Below are positions 1 to 7,198 of a stretch of DNA of 64,000 nucleotides, one piece after another. A model generated the notes under the pieces. It did not search any database. It worked only from the letters and a program-made list of their open reading frames with translations, and was not told the origin of the DNA. The DNA comes from Dehalococcoidia bacterium (GTDB lineage: Bacteria > Chloroflexota > Dehalococcoidia > Lucifugimonadales > UBA3495), in assembly GCA_965243255.1 (NCBI GenBank), contig CBDEUH010000004.1, positions 2,034,132 through 2,098,131 of the forward strand, read 5' to 3'. A program made the translations under genes and the position numbers. The number at the start of each line of letters is the position of its first letter. Position 1 is the stretch's first letter.

Positions 1-1
1 G

Positions 2-691
2 CTCCTGGCCCGCTCCGACGGCACCGACGCGGACCTCAGCGCCATTGTCGGAGGGGACGAACCGGTTACCATTCAGACCGCTTTGCCGGCCCTGCTGGAT
101 GACAACACCATGATTGTGTATGTCGTGGACGATTCGGGCAGCATGGCGGACAAGCTGCTGCCGCTGCATCAGGCTCTGCATGAAGTCGCCGCCAAACCCA
201 CCGACAACAGCCAAATCGCCCTGCTGATGTTCGGCAATACCAACCAGGTGCTGTTCGATTTCACCGAACCCGATGACGCTCCCTGGGACGACGCAATTCC
301 GGCGTTCACTGCCAACAGCGGCGGAACGGCCATGTTTGCGGCCCTGGTGGAAGCCCTGGCCATGCTGCCCGACCAGGACGTGTGCCGTGATGAATCCCGG
401 TTCTTCTTCTTCAATAGGACCGTTTGCCGGGAGAATCGCATCGTGCTCATGTCTGACGGTATCGCCAATGACGCCTTTGTGGCCAACAATGTAACGCAGG
501 CGTATTTGACGCCCGCGCAGGAGGCCAAGCTATCGCAGGAACAATTTGACATCGCCGAATCGGTCATCGAACAACTGACGCAATCCAAAGTTCCGGTGGA
601 TACCATCGCTTTGGGCATCGACGCCGACGTGCAGGGATTGAGGCTGATTTCCAACCTGACCGGCGGCACGTTCATAGAGGCCTATCACTGA
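2..691 (+). CDS. von Willebrand factor type A (vWA) domain protein, 5' end cut by window edge
   Basis: The frame is open from nt 2, with no stop upstream of the listed start at 83. MIDAS-like DxSxS motif 'VVDDSGSM', later 'SGGTAM' and 'LMSDG', typical of the vWA fold. Confidence 0.75.
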   Translation, partial: LLARSDGTDADLSAIVGGDEPVTIQTALPALLDDNTMIVYVVDDSGSMADKLLPLHQALHEVAAKPTDNSQIALLMFGNTNQVLFDFTEPDDAPWDDAIPAFTANSGGTAMFAALVEALAMLPDQDVCRDESRFFFFNRTVCRENRIVLMSDGIANDAFVANNVTQAYLTPAQEAKLSQEQFDIAESVIEQLTQSKVPVDTIALGIDADVQGLRLISNLTGGTFIEAYH

Positions 692-711
692 CCGGCGCCG
701 GTTCTGCCGGC

Positions 712-1140
712 TCATTCCCACACCCCCAGCTCCACCGGCCCGTCCTGGCGGAAGGTCGCCTCGAAGCGCACGGGCTCGCCGGCCCGGCTGCCGATGCGAT
801 AGGACAGGCACACAAACCCGCCGGATACGCGACGCTGCCCCCTGGCCTTGCCCGCCGGTCCGTACTGCACCGTTACGGAGCGGCCCACAATGCCCGACAA
901 CACGGCGTCCGGCCCAACGTTCAGCGCGTCGTCCCACAGGCCGTACAGGGTGAACTCCTGGGCCGCCTCCGGTCCGGCCGCGGTGCGCGCGGTGGTGTCG
1001 TTCACGCCGGTGATGTCCCGCGGGCTCAAGGCGCGCCCCAGGGGGCCGATGCGCTCCACCCAGGGCGACAGGTCGCGCAGGAGGCCGTCCCCGTCCGCTA
1101 CGGCCACGTAGCTGTGGCCAGCGCTGGCGTATCCGGTCAT
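712..1140 (-). CDS. small phage structural protein, tail-tube-like (function uncertain)
   Basis: 142 aa from ATG at 1140, 2 nt after the stop of the upstream gene. The listed extension to 1308 overlaps that gene and is rejected. The beta-rich C-terminus 'VTVQYGPAG..RVSGGFVCLSY..VRFEATF' and the position after the connector gene resemble siphovirus major tail/tube-like proteins. No diagnostic motif. Confidence 0.45.
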   Translation of the reverse strand: MTGYASAGHSYVAVADGDGLLRDLSPWVERIGPLGRALSPRDITGVNDTTARTAAGPEAAQEFTLYGLWDDALNVGPDAVLSGIVGRSVTVQYGPAGKARGQRRVSGGFVCLSYRIGSRAGEPVRFEATFRQDGPVELGVWE

Positions 1141-1142
1141 GG

Positions 1143-2006
1143 CTACACCCCCAGAACCGAGCTGCGACGGCGGTACGGAGCCAGCAGGGCCCGGGCCGTG
1201 GAGGAGACGCCGCCAACGTCTCCCCCACCCGCCGCCGGCGAACCCTCGGGCAGCGGGAAAGGACCGCCCGACCTCTCCCGCCACCAGACGGCAGCCTGCA
1301 GCAGGCACGCCTCCGCCACCGCCTTGGGGTAGCGGTACACCGACAACCCCGCGTCAACCGCGTGGGCTGCAGCGTCGGTTCCGTTGACCCCGCGCTGCAC
1401 GGTCAGGGTGGTCGTGCCGTCGCCGTCTGCTGCCCCGATGACGTACAGCTGCTCGTCGCCAATCCGCACGGTATGGCCGGGGGACAGGGCAACTGCGGCG
1501 TCGGCGCTGACCGGAGAGACGGTTACCGTGGTATCTCCGGCGGCTACGGCGGAGTCGGCGGCGACCAGCAACCCGGCGTCTTCGCGGACGTCGCCATAAC
1601 CCCAAACCCCGCTGACGGCGACGCCGGCCCGGTTGAGCGGAAACCGGCGCCGTTGGCTGGATGCCAGCAGGATGCGGGTGTAGGGCCGTCCGCCCGGTTC
1701 CGTTGGCGTCGCGTTCAGCGGATACAGCAGCCAGTCCGCCGCCGGCCAGTTCTGCCACCGTCCGGCGGCGCCCCGCACCCGCAGCGCGCTGACGGCGACC
1801 AGGTCGGGCACCAACAGGGTGGCGCGGCCCCGGCCGTCGAATCGACGTTCGCCGTGAATCGCCGCAAAGTGGCGTCCGCAGTGGCCGTCAATCCAGCGGG
1901 ACGACGCCTCCAGCAACCCCAGCAGCCGGCCGTCGTGGGCGTTGTCGGTAACGTTCAGAACCGAGGGGGATTTCAGGGCGCCCAGGTCAGCATAAGCGTT
2001 AGGCAT
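1143..2006 (-). CDS. phage gp6-like head-tail connector/adaptor-like protein with extra C-terminal region
   Basis: 287 aa with an AGGGAGGG RBS before ATG 2006. The N-terminal ~100 aa ('LLGLLEASSRWIDGHCGRHF..LLVPDLVAVSALRV') resemble the gp6-like connector family. Connectors are usually ~100-120 aa, so ~150 aa are extra. Confidence 0.55.
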   Translation of the reverse strand: MPNAYADLGALKSPSVLNVTDNAHDGRLLGLLEASSRWIDGHCGRHFAAIHGERRFDGRGRATLLVPDLVAVSALRVRGAAGRWQNWPAADWLLYPLNATPTEPGGRPYTRILLASSQRRRFPLNRAGVAVSGVWGYGDVREDAGLLVAADSAVAAGDTTVTVSPVSADAAVALSPGHTVRIGDEQLYVIGAADGDGTTTLTVQRGVNGTDAAAHAVDAGLSVYRYPKAVAEACLLQAAVWWRERSGGPFPLPEGSPAAGGGDVGGVSSTARALLAPYRRRSSVLGV

Positions 2007-2015
2007 AATCCCTCC

Positions 2016-3359
2016 CTACACCGTGATGTTGTATTGCAGGGCGGTGTGCGTCGCCGACGCCCGGGCGCCGGTGCGTTCCATGAAGGCCAGTCGCATACTG
2101 ACCACCATGACGTTCTGCCGCTTCTGGATGTCTCGGGTGGTTTCGATCATGAGCTCCCGGCGGAACCCCAGCCGCCACTGGGTGCGGTTCACCGCCAGCA
2201 GCCGGCCCTTGGTATTGCTGCTGCCGCCGTCGGTTACCATGCCGTCGGCGTCGGTCAACGCCATCTGCTCGGACACGATGACGGGGATGCCGTCCACCTG
2301 GGCCAGCTGCCCGTTGAGCAGGGTCGCCTGGGGCCCCAGCTTGTCCAGGGTGCGGAACTCGTCGATGCCCAGGGACTTGATGTAGGCCCCCACATCGGCG
2401 ACGTAGGCCAGCTCGGACGGGCGCACGCCGTACTTGCCCAGCATCCCGCGGGCCTCGTTGAACATATCGGCGGTGGGCGCGGCGCCGTGGTCGTTGGCCT
2501 GGGCGGTGTTGTCCACCAGGGGCAGGTGCAGCAGCCCGTCGAAACCGACCAGCCAGTGGGCCTTGCCCACCGTGGACGCGGCAATAGTCGCGCCGTCGGC
2601 GTTGATGTTGTTGGTTAGGGTGGTGTCCGCGTTCAGCAGGACGTCGTCAATGACCTCGACGGCGTTGCGCACCAGGGTGCTCCGCACCTCAGCCGCCATG
2701 GCGATGACGGCGTCCTCGTCCAGGGTCAGCGACCAGGGCACTTCTGCCACCAGTTCGTGAGCCGTCAGGGTCTGCCGGGCGGTGGTCAGGGCCGTCTCGG
2801 TAACCGCGGTGTTCTCAACGCCCGGATACCAGGACACGTTGCCCAGCTGGAGGGGTATCTCAAAGGGGTTGGTGGGCATGTCCACGCGGGCGAACAGGGA
2901 CGCTACGTGGGTGGCCACGTTGACGTCGGCCCACAGGGCGGCGGCCTCGGCGGTGGGCACCAGCTCGTCGCCGCTGCCCGCCGTGGTGCTATCCATGGCG
3001 GCCTTCAGGTTGGCTTGCCAGTCGGCCAGAAGGCGGGGGTTCACGTCGCCAGGTGTGCCTGGTAAAGGGTCGTGTTGCTGCGCCGCCAGCACGCTGCGCA
3101 CGCAGGCCAGGTCGAGGGCGTCCATCCCCCGGTACTTCCCGAAGGGGACGCGGGGGCGGTCACCGTCGCCGTATTGGGCCAGCATGGCCTGGCGTTCGCC
3201 GGCCCGCTGCTTCTCGGTAAGTTCGTTCACTGCCCGGCCCAGCCGGTCCAGTTCCTCCTGCAGGGGCGGGATGTCGGCGTCCAGCCGCTGGCGGTAGAAA
3301 TCCCGCACCTCGGCCACTTCGTTCTTGATGGTTTCCAGTTCCCAGCTCGAAAGCGTCAT
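2016..3359 (-). CDS. HK97-family phage major capsid protein with N-terminal delta (scaffold-like) domain
   Basis: 447 aa. An N-terminal coiled-coil segment ('ELETIKNEVAEVRDFYRQRLD..LDRLGRAVNELTEKQ') is followed by a capsid-like body. The gene sits immediately downstream of the prohead protease, with a GGAGA RBS. Confidence 0.8.
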   Translation of the reverse strand: MTLSSWELETIKNEVAEVRDFYRQRLDADIPPLQEELDRLGRAVNELTEKQRAGERQAMLAQYGDGDRPRVPFGKYRGMDALDLACVRSVLAAQQHDPLPGTPGDVNPRLLADWQANLKAAMDSTTAGSGDELVPTAEAAALWADVNVATHVASLFARVDMPTNPFEIPLQLGNVSWYPGVENTAVTETALTTARQTLTAHELVAEVPWSLTLDEDAVIAMAAEVRSTLVRNAVEVIDDVLLNADTTLTNNINADGATIAASTVGKAHWLVGFDGLLHLPLVDNTAQANDHGAAPTADMFNEARGMLGKYGVRPSELAYVADVGAYIKSLGIDEFRTLDKLGPQATLLNGQLAQVDGIPVIVSEQMALTDADGMVTDGGSSNTKGRLLAVNRTQWRLGFRRELMIETTRDIQKRQNVMVVSMRLAFMERTGARASATHTALQYNITV

Positions 3360-3410
3360 AATCTTTGCGTTCTCCTTTTTTGGATTAACTGTCTTGATAA
3401 AGGCCTATGC

Positions 3411-3941
3411 TTACTGCCGCAGTTCCCGCAGCAACCCCACCACCTCACTCACCGCTGGCCCCGTCTGGCTGAGGGAAAGGACATTCTCGCGGAGCAGCGC
3501 GCCCTGGTTGGCCGGCACGGGAACGGCGCTGATTTCCAGCAGTTCCTGCTCCAGGAAACGGATGCCGAGGAAGGCTCCGGTGCGGGGGTCCCGTCGTTCC
3601 TCGAACCGCAGGGGGCGGAAGCCTACGGAGACGCCCTGCTGGTAGCCGCTGCGGTACAGCGCCTCAACCTCCTGGGCGAACTCGGTGGGGGCGAACTCCA
3701 AGTGGGCCAGCAGGGCCCGGCCGTCGCTCCATACCGATTGGGCGCGCCCGATGGCCGGGCGGCGATAGTCGTGGGCCCACAGCACCACGGGGTTCGCCCG
3801 GTAGGCGTCCAGACGCCAGCCGTCGGGCGATACTACGTCGCCGTGACGGTCCACGGCGCCCGAGGACACTACGAAAGTCAGCGGGGCATCGCCGGCGGCG
3901 GTGGTGTCCTTAAGCGCCCACTTACGGGTCAGATTCGTCAT
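3411..3941 (-). CDS. HK97-family prohead (capsid maturation) protease
   Basis: 177 aa from ATG 3941, preceded by AGGAGG at 3946-3951. 'FVVSSGAVDRHGDVVSPDGW..ANPVVLWAHD' is the characteristic N-terminal region of this protease family. The listed start at 4001 lacks an RBS. Confidence 0.8.
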   Translation of the reverse strand: MTNLTRKWALKDTTAAGDAPLTFVVSSGAVDRHGDVVSPDGWRLDAYRANPVVLWAHDYRRPAIGRAQSVWSDGRALLAHLEFAPTEFAQEVEALYRSGYQQGVSVGFRPLRFEERRDPRTGAFLGIRFLEQELLEISAVPVPANQGALLRENVLSLSQTGPAVSEVVGLLRELRQ

Positions 3942-3999
3942 CGCAACCTCCTGAGTTGCTGGCCGGAGCGATGACGGAATCGGTTGATAGATGGCCGAC

Positions 4000-4050
4000 A
4001 AAAAGCCGGCGGAACCGACCCGGCATCAGGTCGGTCCTACCGGCTGTTTT
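4000..4050 (-). terminator. strong intrinsic terminator (bidirectional geometry) just upstream of the prohead protease gene
   Basis: GCCGG(4005-09)/CCGGC(4040-44) plus GGAACCGACC(4011-20)/GGTCGGTCC(4029-37) gives ~14 bp with one bulge and an 8-nt loop. It is flanked by AAAAA (4000-04, TTTTT on the minus strand) and TGTTTT (4045-50). Confidence 0.7.
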
Positions 4051-4128
4051 CAATTAGATTTATTCCAGCCTAACCTGGCGTGAGGCTGGCCGTTGACGGC
4101 CAGCTGTCATCCGCCGGAGTCGGCGGGC

Positions 4129-4180
4129 TGGGATTTGGGGATTTTCAGAATCAGGATTTTTGGGATTTGGGGATTTTCAG
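4129..4180. repeat. direct repeat, 2 x 20 nt 'tgggatttggggattttcag'
   Basis: Identical copies at 4129-4148 and 4161-4180 inside a G/T-rich tract (C/A-rich on the minus strand). GGGG runs at 4137, 4169, 4185 and 4197. Confidence 0.9.
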
Positions 4181-4300
4181 GATTGGGGTGTTGGTTGGGG
4201 TTGCCTCCGGTGGTTGGTGTTGGGTAGCCTGCGTGAGGTCGGTTTCCGGAATTCACTTTGGTCGTTGTCAGTCCCACGGCCGGGGGGTTCTTACGCACTT

Positions 4301-4488
4301 CCACTTCCAGTGTCTATGACGGTAGTCGGTTCTCCGCCAATGGCAGCTGTGGTCGCACCGTGCCACTTCCAGTGTCTATGACGGTAGTCGGTTCTCCGCC
4401 AATGGCAGCTGTGGCCGCACCGTTGCCACTTCCAGTGTCTATGACGGTAGTCGGTTCTCCGTCAATGGCAGCTGTGGCCGCACCGTTC
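4301..4488. repeat. tandem repeat, 3 units of 62-63 nt
   Basis: Units start at 4301, 4363 and 4426 with 'ccacttccagtgtctatgacggtagtcggttctccgccaatggcagctgtgg(t/c)cgcaccgt'. The copies differ by only about 3 substitutions/indels. Confidence 0.95.
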
Positions 4489-4594
4489 GTGCGATTTAGG
4501 ATTAGCTGACTGTTTTTGGCCGTTGACGACCGCAGTGATGTTGACCTCGTTGGCAGGCTGGGTTGGGTTACCGATTTGCGCTAGCGATGAGGCT

Positions 4595-4624
4595 ATTATG
4601 AACGGACGTTCTTATATTTGTCAA
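4595..4624 (-). promoter_or_regulatory. sigma70-type promoter pointing toward the repeats and capsid operon
   Basis: On the minus strand: TTGACA (4624-4619), 18-nt spacer, CATAAT (4600-4595). Confidence 0.55.
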
Positions 4625-4681
4625 GGGGGTTTTTGGCCCTTTTTCGTGGATTTTCGGGGTGAAGGACGCGCCTGGGGGCAT

Positions 4682-4709
4682 GAAAAGGGGGCGAATGGTG
4701 ATTCGCCCC
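4682..4709 (-). terminator. intrinsic terminator of the VOC-family gene
   Basis: On the minus strand: GGGGCGAAT-CACC-ATTCGCCCC (9-bp stem) followed by CTTTTC, about 30 nt after the stop at 4741. Confidence 0.7.
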
Positions 4710-4740
4710 GGTGCTGGTCGGTGAGTCGGTGCGGCGTTGG

Positions 4741-5232
4741 CTAGTCGTCGCCGGCGGCGGCTGGCTCCGGCTCCTCGATGGGGTCGAGCTGCCAGGGGAA
4801 GTTGCCTTCGAAAAGGAACCCGTCCTTGTTGCCCCATTCCGATTCCGGCGACTCGTAGTAAATCTCGATCTCGTTATCGTCGGGGTCGTAGATGTACACG
4901 CCCATGGAGATGCCGTGGTCGCCCAGCCTCTTGAACTTGACGCCGTGCTCCTTGCAGCGCTGGTACAGTTCCTTGAGGTCGCGGAAGGAATTCATCTGCC
5001 AGGCCATGTGGGCCATGCCCACCCGCCGGTCTTCCGGCCCGGGCGCGTCCATGCCCAGGGGAATCAACGCCAGCTCGTGGGACATGGTGGTGTCGGCGGA
5101 CAGGAACGTCATACCGCCGGGCCGGCCCGTCATCACGGTCAGGCCCAGGATGTTGGTGTAAAAGTCCACGCTGCGCTCAATGTCGCGGACCTTGATGACC
5201 AGATGGCCCAACTGTTTCGGTGTGTAGGACAT
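4741..5232 (-). CDS. VOC family protein (glyoxalase / extradiol dioxygenase fold)
   Basis: 163 aa from ATG 5232 with a CAGGGAGG RBS. 'LGHLVIKVRDIERSVDFYTNILGL' and 'GVYIYDPDDNEIEIY' are typical VOC beta-alpha-beta modules. Confidence 0.8.
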   Translation of the reverse strand: MSYTPKQLGHLVIKVRDIERSVDFYTNILGLTVMTGRPGGMTFLSADTTMSHELALIPLGMDAPGPEDRRVGMAHMAWQMNSFRDLKELYQRCKEHGVKFKRLGDHGISMGVYIYDPDDNEIEIYYESPESEWGNKDGFLFEGNFPWQLDPIEEPEPAAAGDD

Positions 5233-5282
5233 TCGATTACCTCCCTGATACGGTGCTGCGACTGCGGGCATCGGATATGTTG

Positions 5283-5340
5283 CATTATAACGCACCGGGC
5301 CAATTATGTGCATGTTGGCAAATTATGGTAAAACGCACCC
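5283..5340. promoter_or_regulatory. divergent control region with repeated AT-rich boxes
   Basis: 'aattatg' occurs at 5302-5308 and 5321-5327. 'aacgcacc' occurs at 5289-5296 and 5332-5339. A minus-strand TATAAT lies at about 5285-5290 and a plus-strand TATAAT at 5374-5379. Confidence 0.35.
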
Positions 5341-5425
5341 TAAGCGTCAGTATTGCCGGCCCGGTTCGGTTAGTATAATCTAGCACCGCCGGCCGTTGGA
5401 GTTTTCGGGCCACTCTCAGCTGACG

Positions 5426-7198
5426 ATGGACGTCCAGTTGCTGATGACGGAAACCACGCAAAATATCACGCCCCCCGGCAGCGCGCCGCACCGGGCGGCT
5501 TCCGGCAGTTTGCAGCCTCAGGCAGACTGGCCGGTCAACGGCGCCGTCAACGGCTCCGGCCTGGTGTTCAAGCCCGCTACCGAGGCCTGGGAATTCGAAG
5601 AGATTTCCCAGCTCAACTATGCCTCCTTCGTCGAAGAGGTGCCCCAGCATCCCGCCAACGACGACCATACCCTGGTGGACCGTTTCCACACCGAGAATAC
5701 CTATTTCATCTGCCGGCGGGAGCAGGAACTACTGGGGATGATTTGCGTCCGCGACCGCCGGCCCTTCTCCCTGGACCAGAAGCTTGGCCGGCTGGAAGAC
5801 CACCTGCCCCAGGCCGAAGGAGCCCGCCTCTGCGAGGTGCGCCTGCTGACGGTGCGGCCTGATTTGCGCGGCGCGCGCATCCTCCCCGGCCTGCTCACCA
5901 TGATGGCCCGGTACTGCCACGAAGGAGGCTACGACTACGTGGTGATGTCCGGTCGCGTCTCCCAGCAGCGGCTCTACCGCCGCATCGGGTTCATACCCTT
6001 CGGCCCGGTGGTGGGCGACGACGACGCGCCCTATCAGCCGATGTATCGGCCCGTGGGCAACGTCGCGGTGGAGTTTGCAGGCCAGTTCCACGAAGCGGTT
6101 GACGCACCCGCCGGCGATCCGGTCATACTCACGCCCGGCCCGGTGGCCATGCCCGAAACCGTTGCCCAGGCCTTCCGCCGCCCGCCGCTGTCCCACCGCC
6201 TGCCCGAGTTCCGGAGGTTGATGCGCAGCGCCCGGCAGGGTTTGTGCCGGCTCACCGGCGCCAAGCACTGCGCCATTATGGTCGGGTCCGGCACCATGGC
6301 CAACGACGTGGTGGCGGCCCAGCTGTCCCGGCTCAACGCTCCGGGTGTCATCGTAACCGCCGGCGAGTTCGGCGAGCGCCTGCTGGACCATGCCAACCGC
6401 ATGGGCCTGCGCTACACTCCCGTGTCGCACCAATGGGGCGCGCCGCTGGACTATGACCGCATCCAGCAGGCGGTGGCCGAGACCAGTTCAGCCACCGATG
6501 CCGGCGGCTGGCTGTGGACGGTGCACTGCGAGACATCCTCCGGCGCGCTGGCCGACCTGCCCCGGCTCAAAGCCATCTGCCAAAAGCACAACGCCCACCT
6601 GGCCCTGGACTGCATCAGCAGCATCGCCACTACCCACGTTGACCTGTCCGGCGTCCGGCTGGCCAGCGGCGCCAGCGGGAAGGGGCTAGCGGCTTATCCC
6701 GGCCTGGGGCTGGTATTCTGCCAGGAGCGTCCCGAACCCGACCCCGCGCTGCCCCGTTACCTGGACCTGGGTCTGCACTGCGCCGGTGAAGACGACGGCG
6801 CCGTGCCCTTCACACTGTCCTCCAACCTGTTGGCGGCGTTGGAGGCCGGCGTGGCGCGTCAAACGCCGGAACTGCTGACACAGGTGGAGGAAGATGGACG
6901 GTGGCTGCGTCAACAGCTGCGCGCGCTGGGTCTGACGCTGGTGGCATCGGAGGCGGAGAGCATCGGCGCGGTAACCACCATCGCGTTGGCGGAAAACGGC
7001 ATCGACTCGGAGCAGATGGGGCGCGCCCTGGATTCCCTGGGCTTCTGCACGTCCTACGCCAGCGGCTATCTGCGCGAGCGCAACTGGCTGCAAATCTGCC
7101 TGCTGGGGGAAGTGAGCCGCCCGCAACTGGAACGGCTGCTGCCCGTGCTGGCGGCGCAGCTGGACGCCCTGACGCGCGTTCGAATCGCCACGGGCTAG
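5426..7198 (+). CDS. GNAT N-acetyltransferase domain fused to class V aminotransferase domain
   Basis: The N-terminal ~200 aa are GNAT-like ('LCEVRLLTVRPDLRGARI..YRRIGF'). The remainder is class-V aminotransferase-like ('ILTPGPVAMPETV..SHRLPEF..VGSGT'). Start is uncertain: ATG 5426 or 5444; the listed 5396 is TTG. Confidence 0.7.
   Translation: MDVQLLMTETTQNITPPGSAPHRAASGSLQPQADWPVNGAVNGSGLVFKPATEAWEFEEISQLNYASFVEEVPQHPANDDHTLVDRFHTENTYFICRREQELLGMICVRDRRPFSLDQKLGRLEDHLPQAEGARLCEVRLLTVRPDLRGARILPGLLTMMARYCHEGGYDYVVMSGRVSQQRLYRRIGFIPFGPVVGDDDAPYQPMYRPVGNVAVEFAGQFHEAVDAPAGDPVILTPGPVAMPETVAQAFRRPPLSHRLPEFRRLMRSARQGLCRLTGAKHCAIMVGSGTMANDVVAAQLSRLNAPGVIVTAGEFGERLLDHANRMGLRYTPVSHQWGAPLDYDRIQQAVAETSSATDAGGWLWTVHCETSSGALADLPRLKAICQKHNAHLALDCISSIATTHVDLSGVRLASGASGKGLAAYPGLGLVFCQERPEPDPALPRYLDLGLHCAGEDDGAVPFTLSSNLLAALEAGVARQTPELLTQVEEDGRWLRQQLRALGLTLVASEAESIGAVTTIALAENGIDSEQMGRALDSLGFCTSYASGYLRERNWLQICLLGEVSRPQLERLLPVLAAQLDALTRVRIATG

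Larger units (their letters stand above)
712..3941 (-). mobile_element. minimal HK97-type head gene module (prophage remnant or domesticated capsid locus)
   Basis: Four tightly coupled phage structural genes. No portal, terminase, tape-measure or integrase gene lies in the adjacent sequence. Base composition looks the same as the flanking host genes. Confidence 0.6.
4000..4588 (-). ncRNA. putative ~0.59 kb non-coding transcript or 5' leader of the capsid operon
   Basis: Bounded by a near-consensus promoter (4595-4624) and the terminator at 4000-4050. No frame-consistent ORF. Contains three tandem 62-63 nt repeats, a duplicated 20-mer, and GC hairpins at 4085-4104 and 4111-4126. GC content is visibly lower than the flanks. 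Confidence 0.4.

Noticed and set aside
4129-4200. Telomere-like TTGGGG repeats
   Set aside because: The motif occurs only a few times, irregularly, in the interior of a bacterial contig. It is treated as a compositional feature of the leader.
4301-4488. CRISPR array (the 62-63 nt period is in the CRISPR range)
   Set aside because: The whole unit is repeated nearly identically, so there are no unique spacers. There are only three units and no cas genes in the window.
4258-4509. 83-aa ORF (and the 73-79 aa ORFs nearby) running through the tandem repeats
   Set aside because: The repeat period of 62/63 nt is not a multiple of 3, so successive units are read in different frames. There is no RBS, and the ORFs are a by-product of the repeat.
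4087-4528. 12-nt direct repeat 'tggccgttgacg' (4087-4098 and 4517-4528) as target-site duplication of a MITE or insertion
   Set aside because: No terminal inverted repeats lie inside the duplicated 12-mers, and the left copy is simply half of a local hairpin (4085-4104). Chance or local duplication is more likely.
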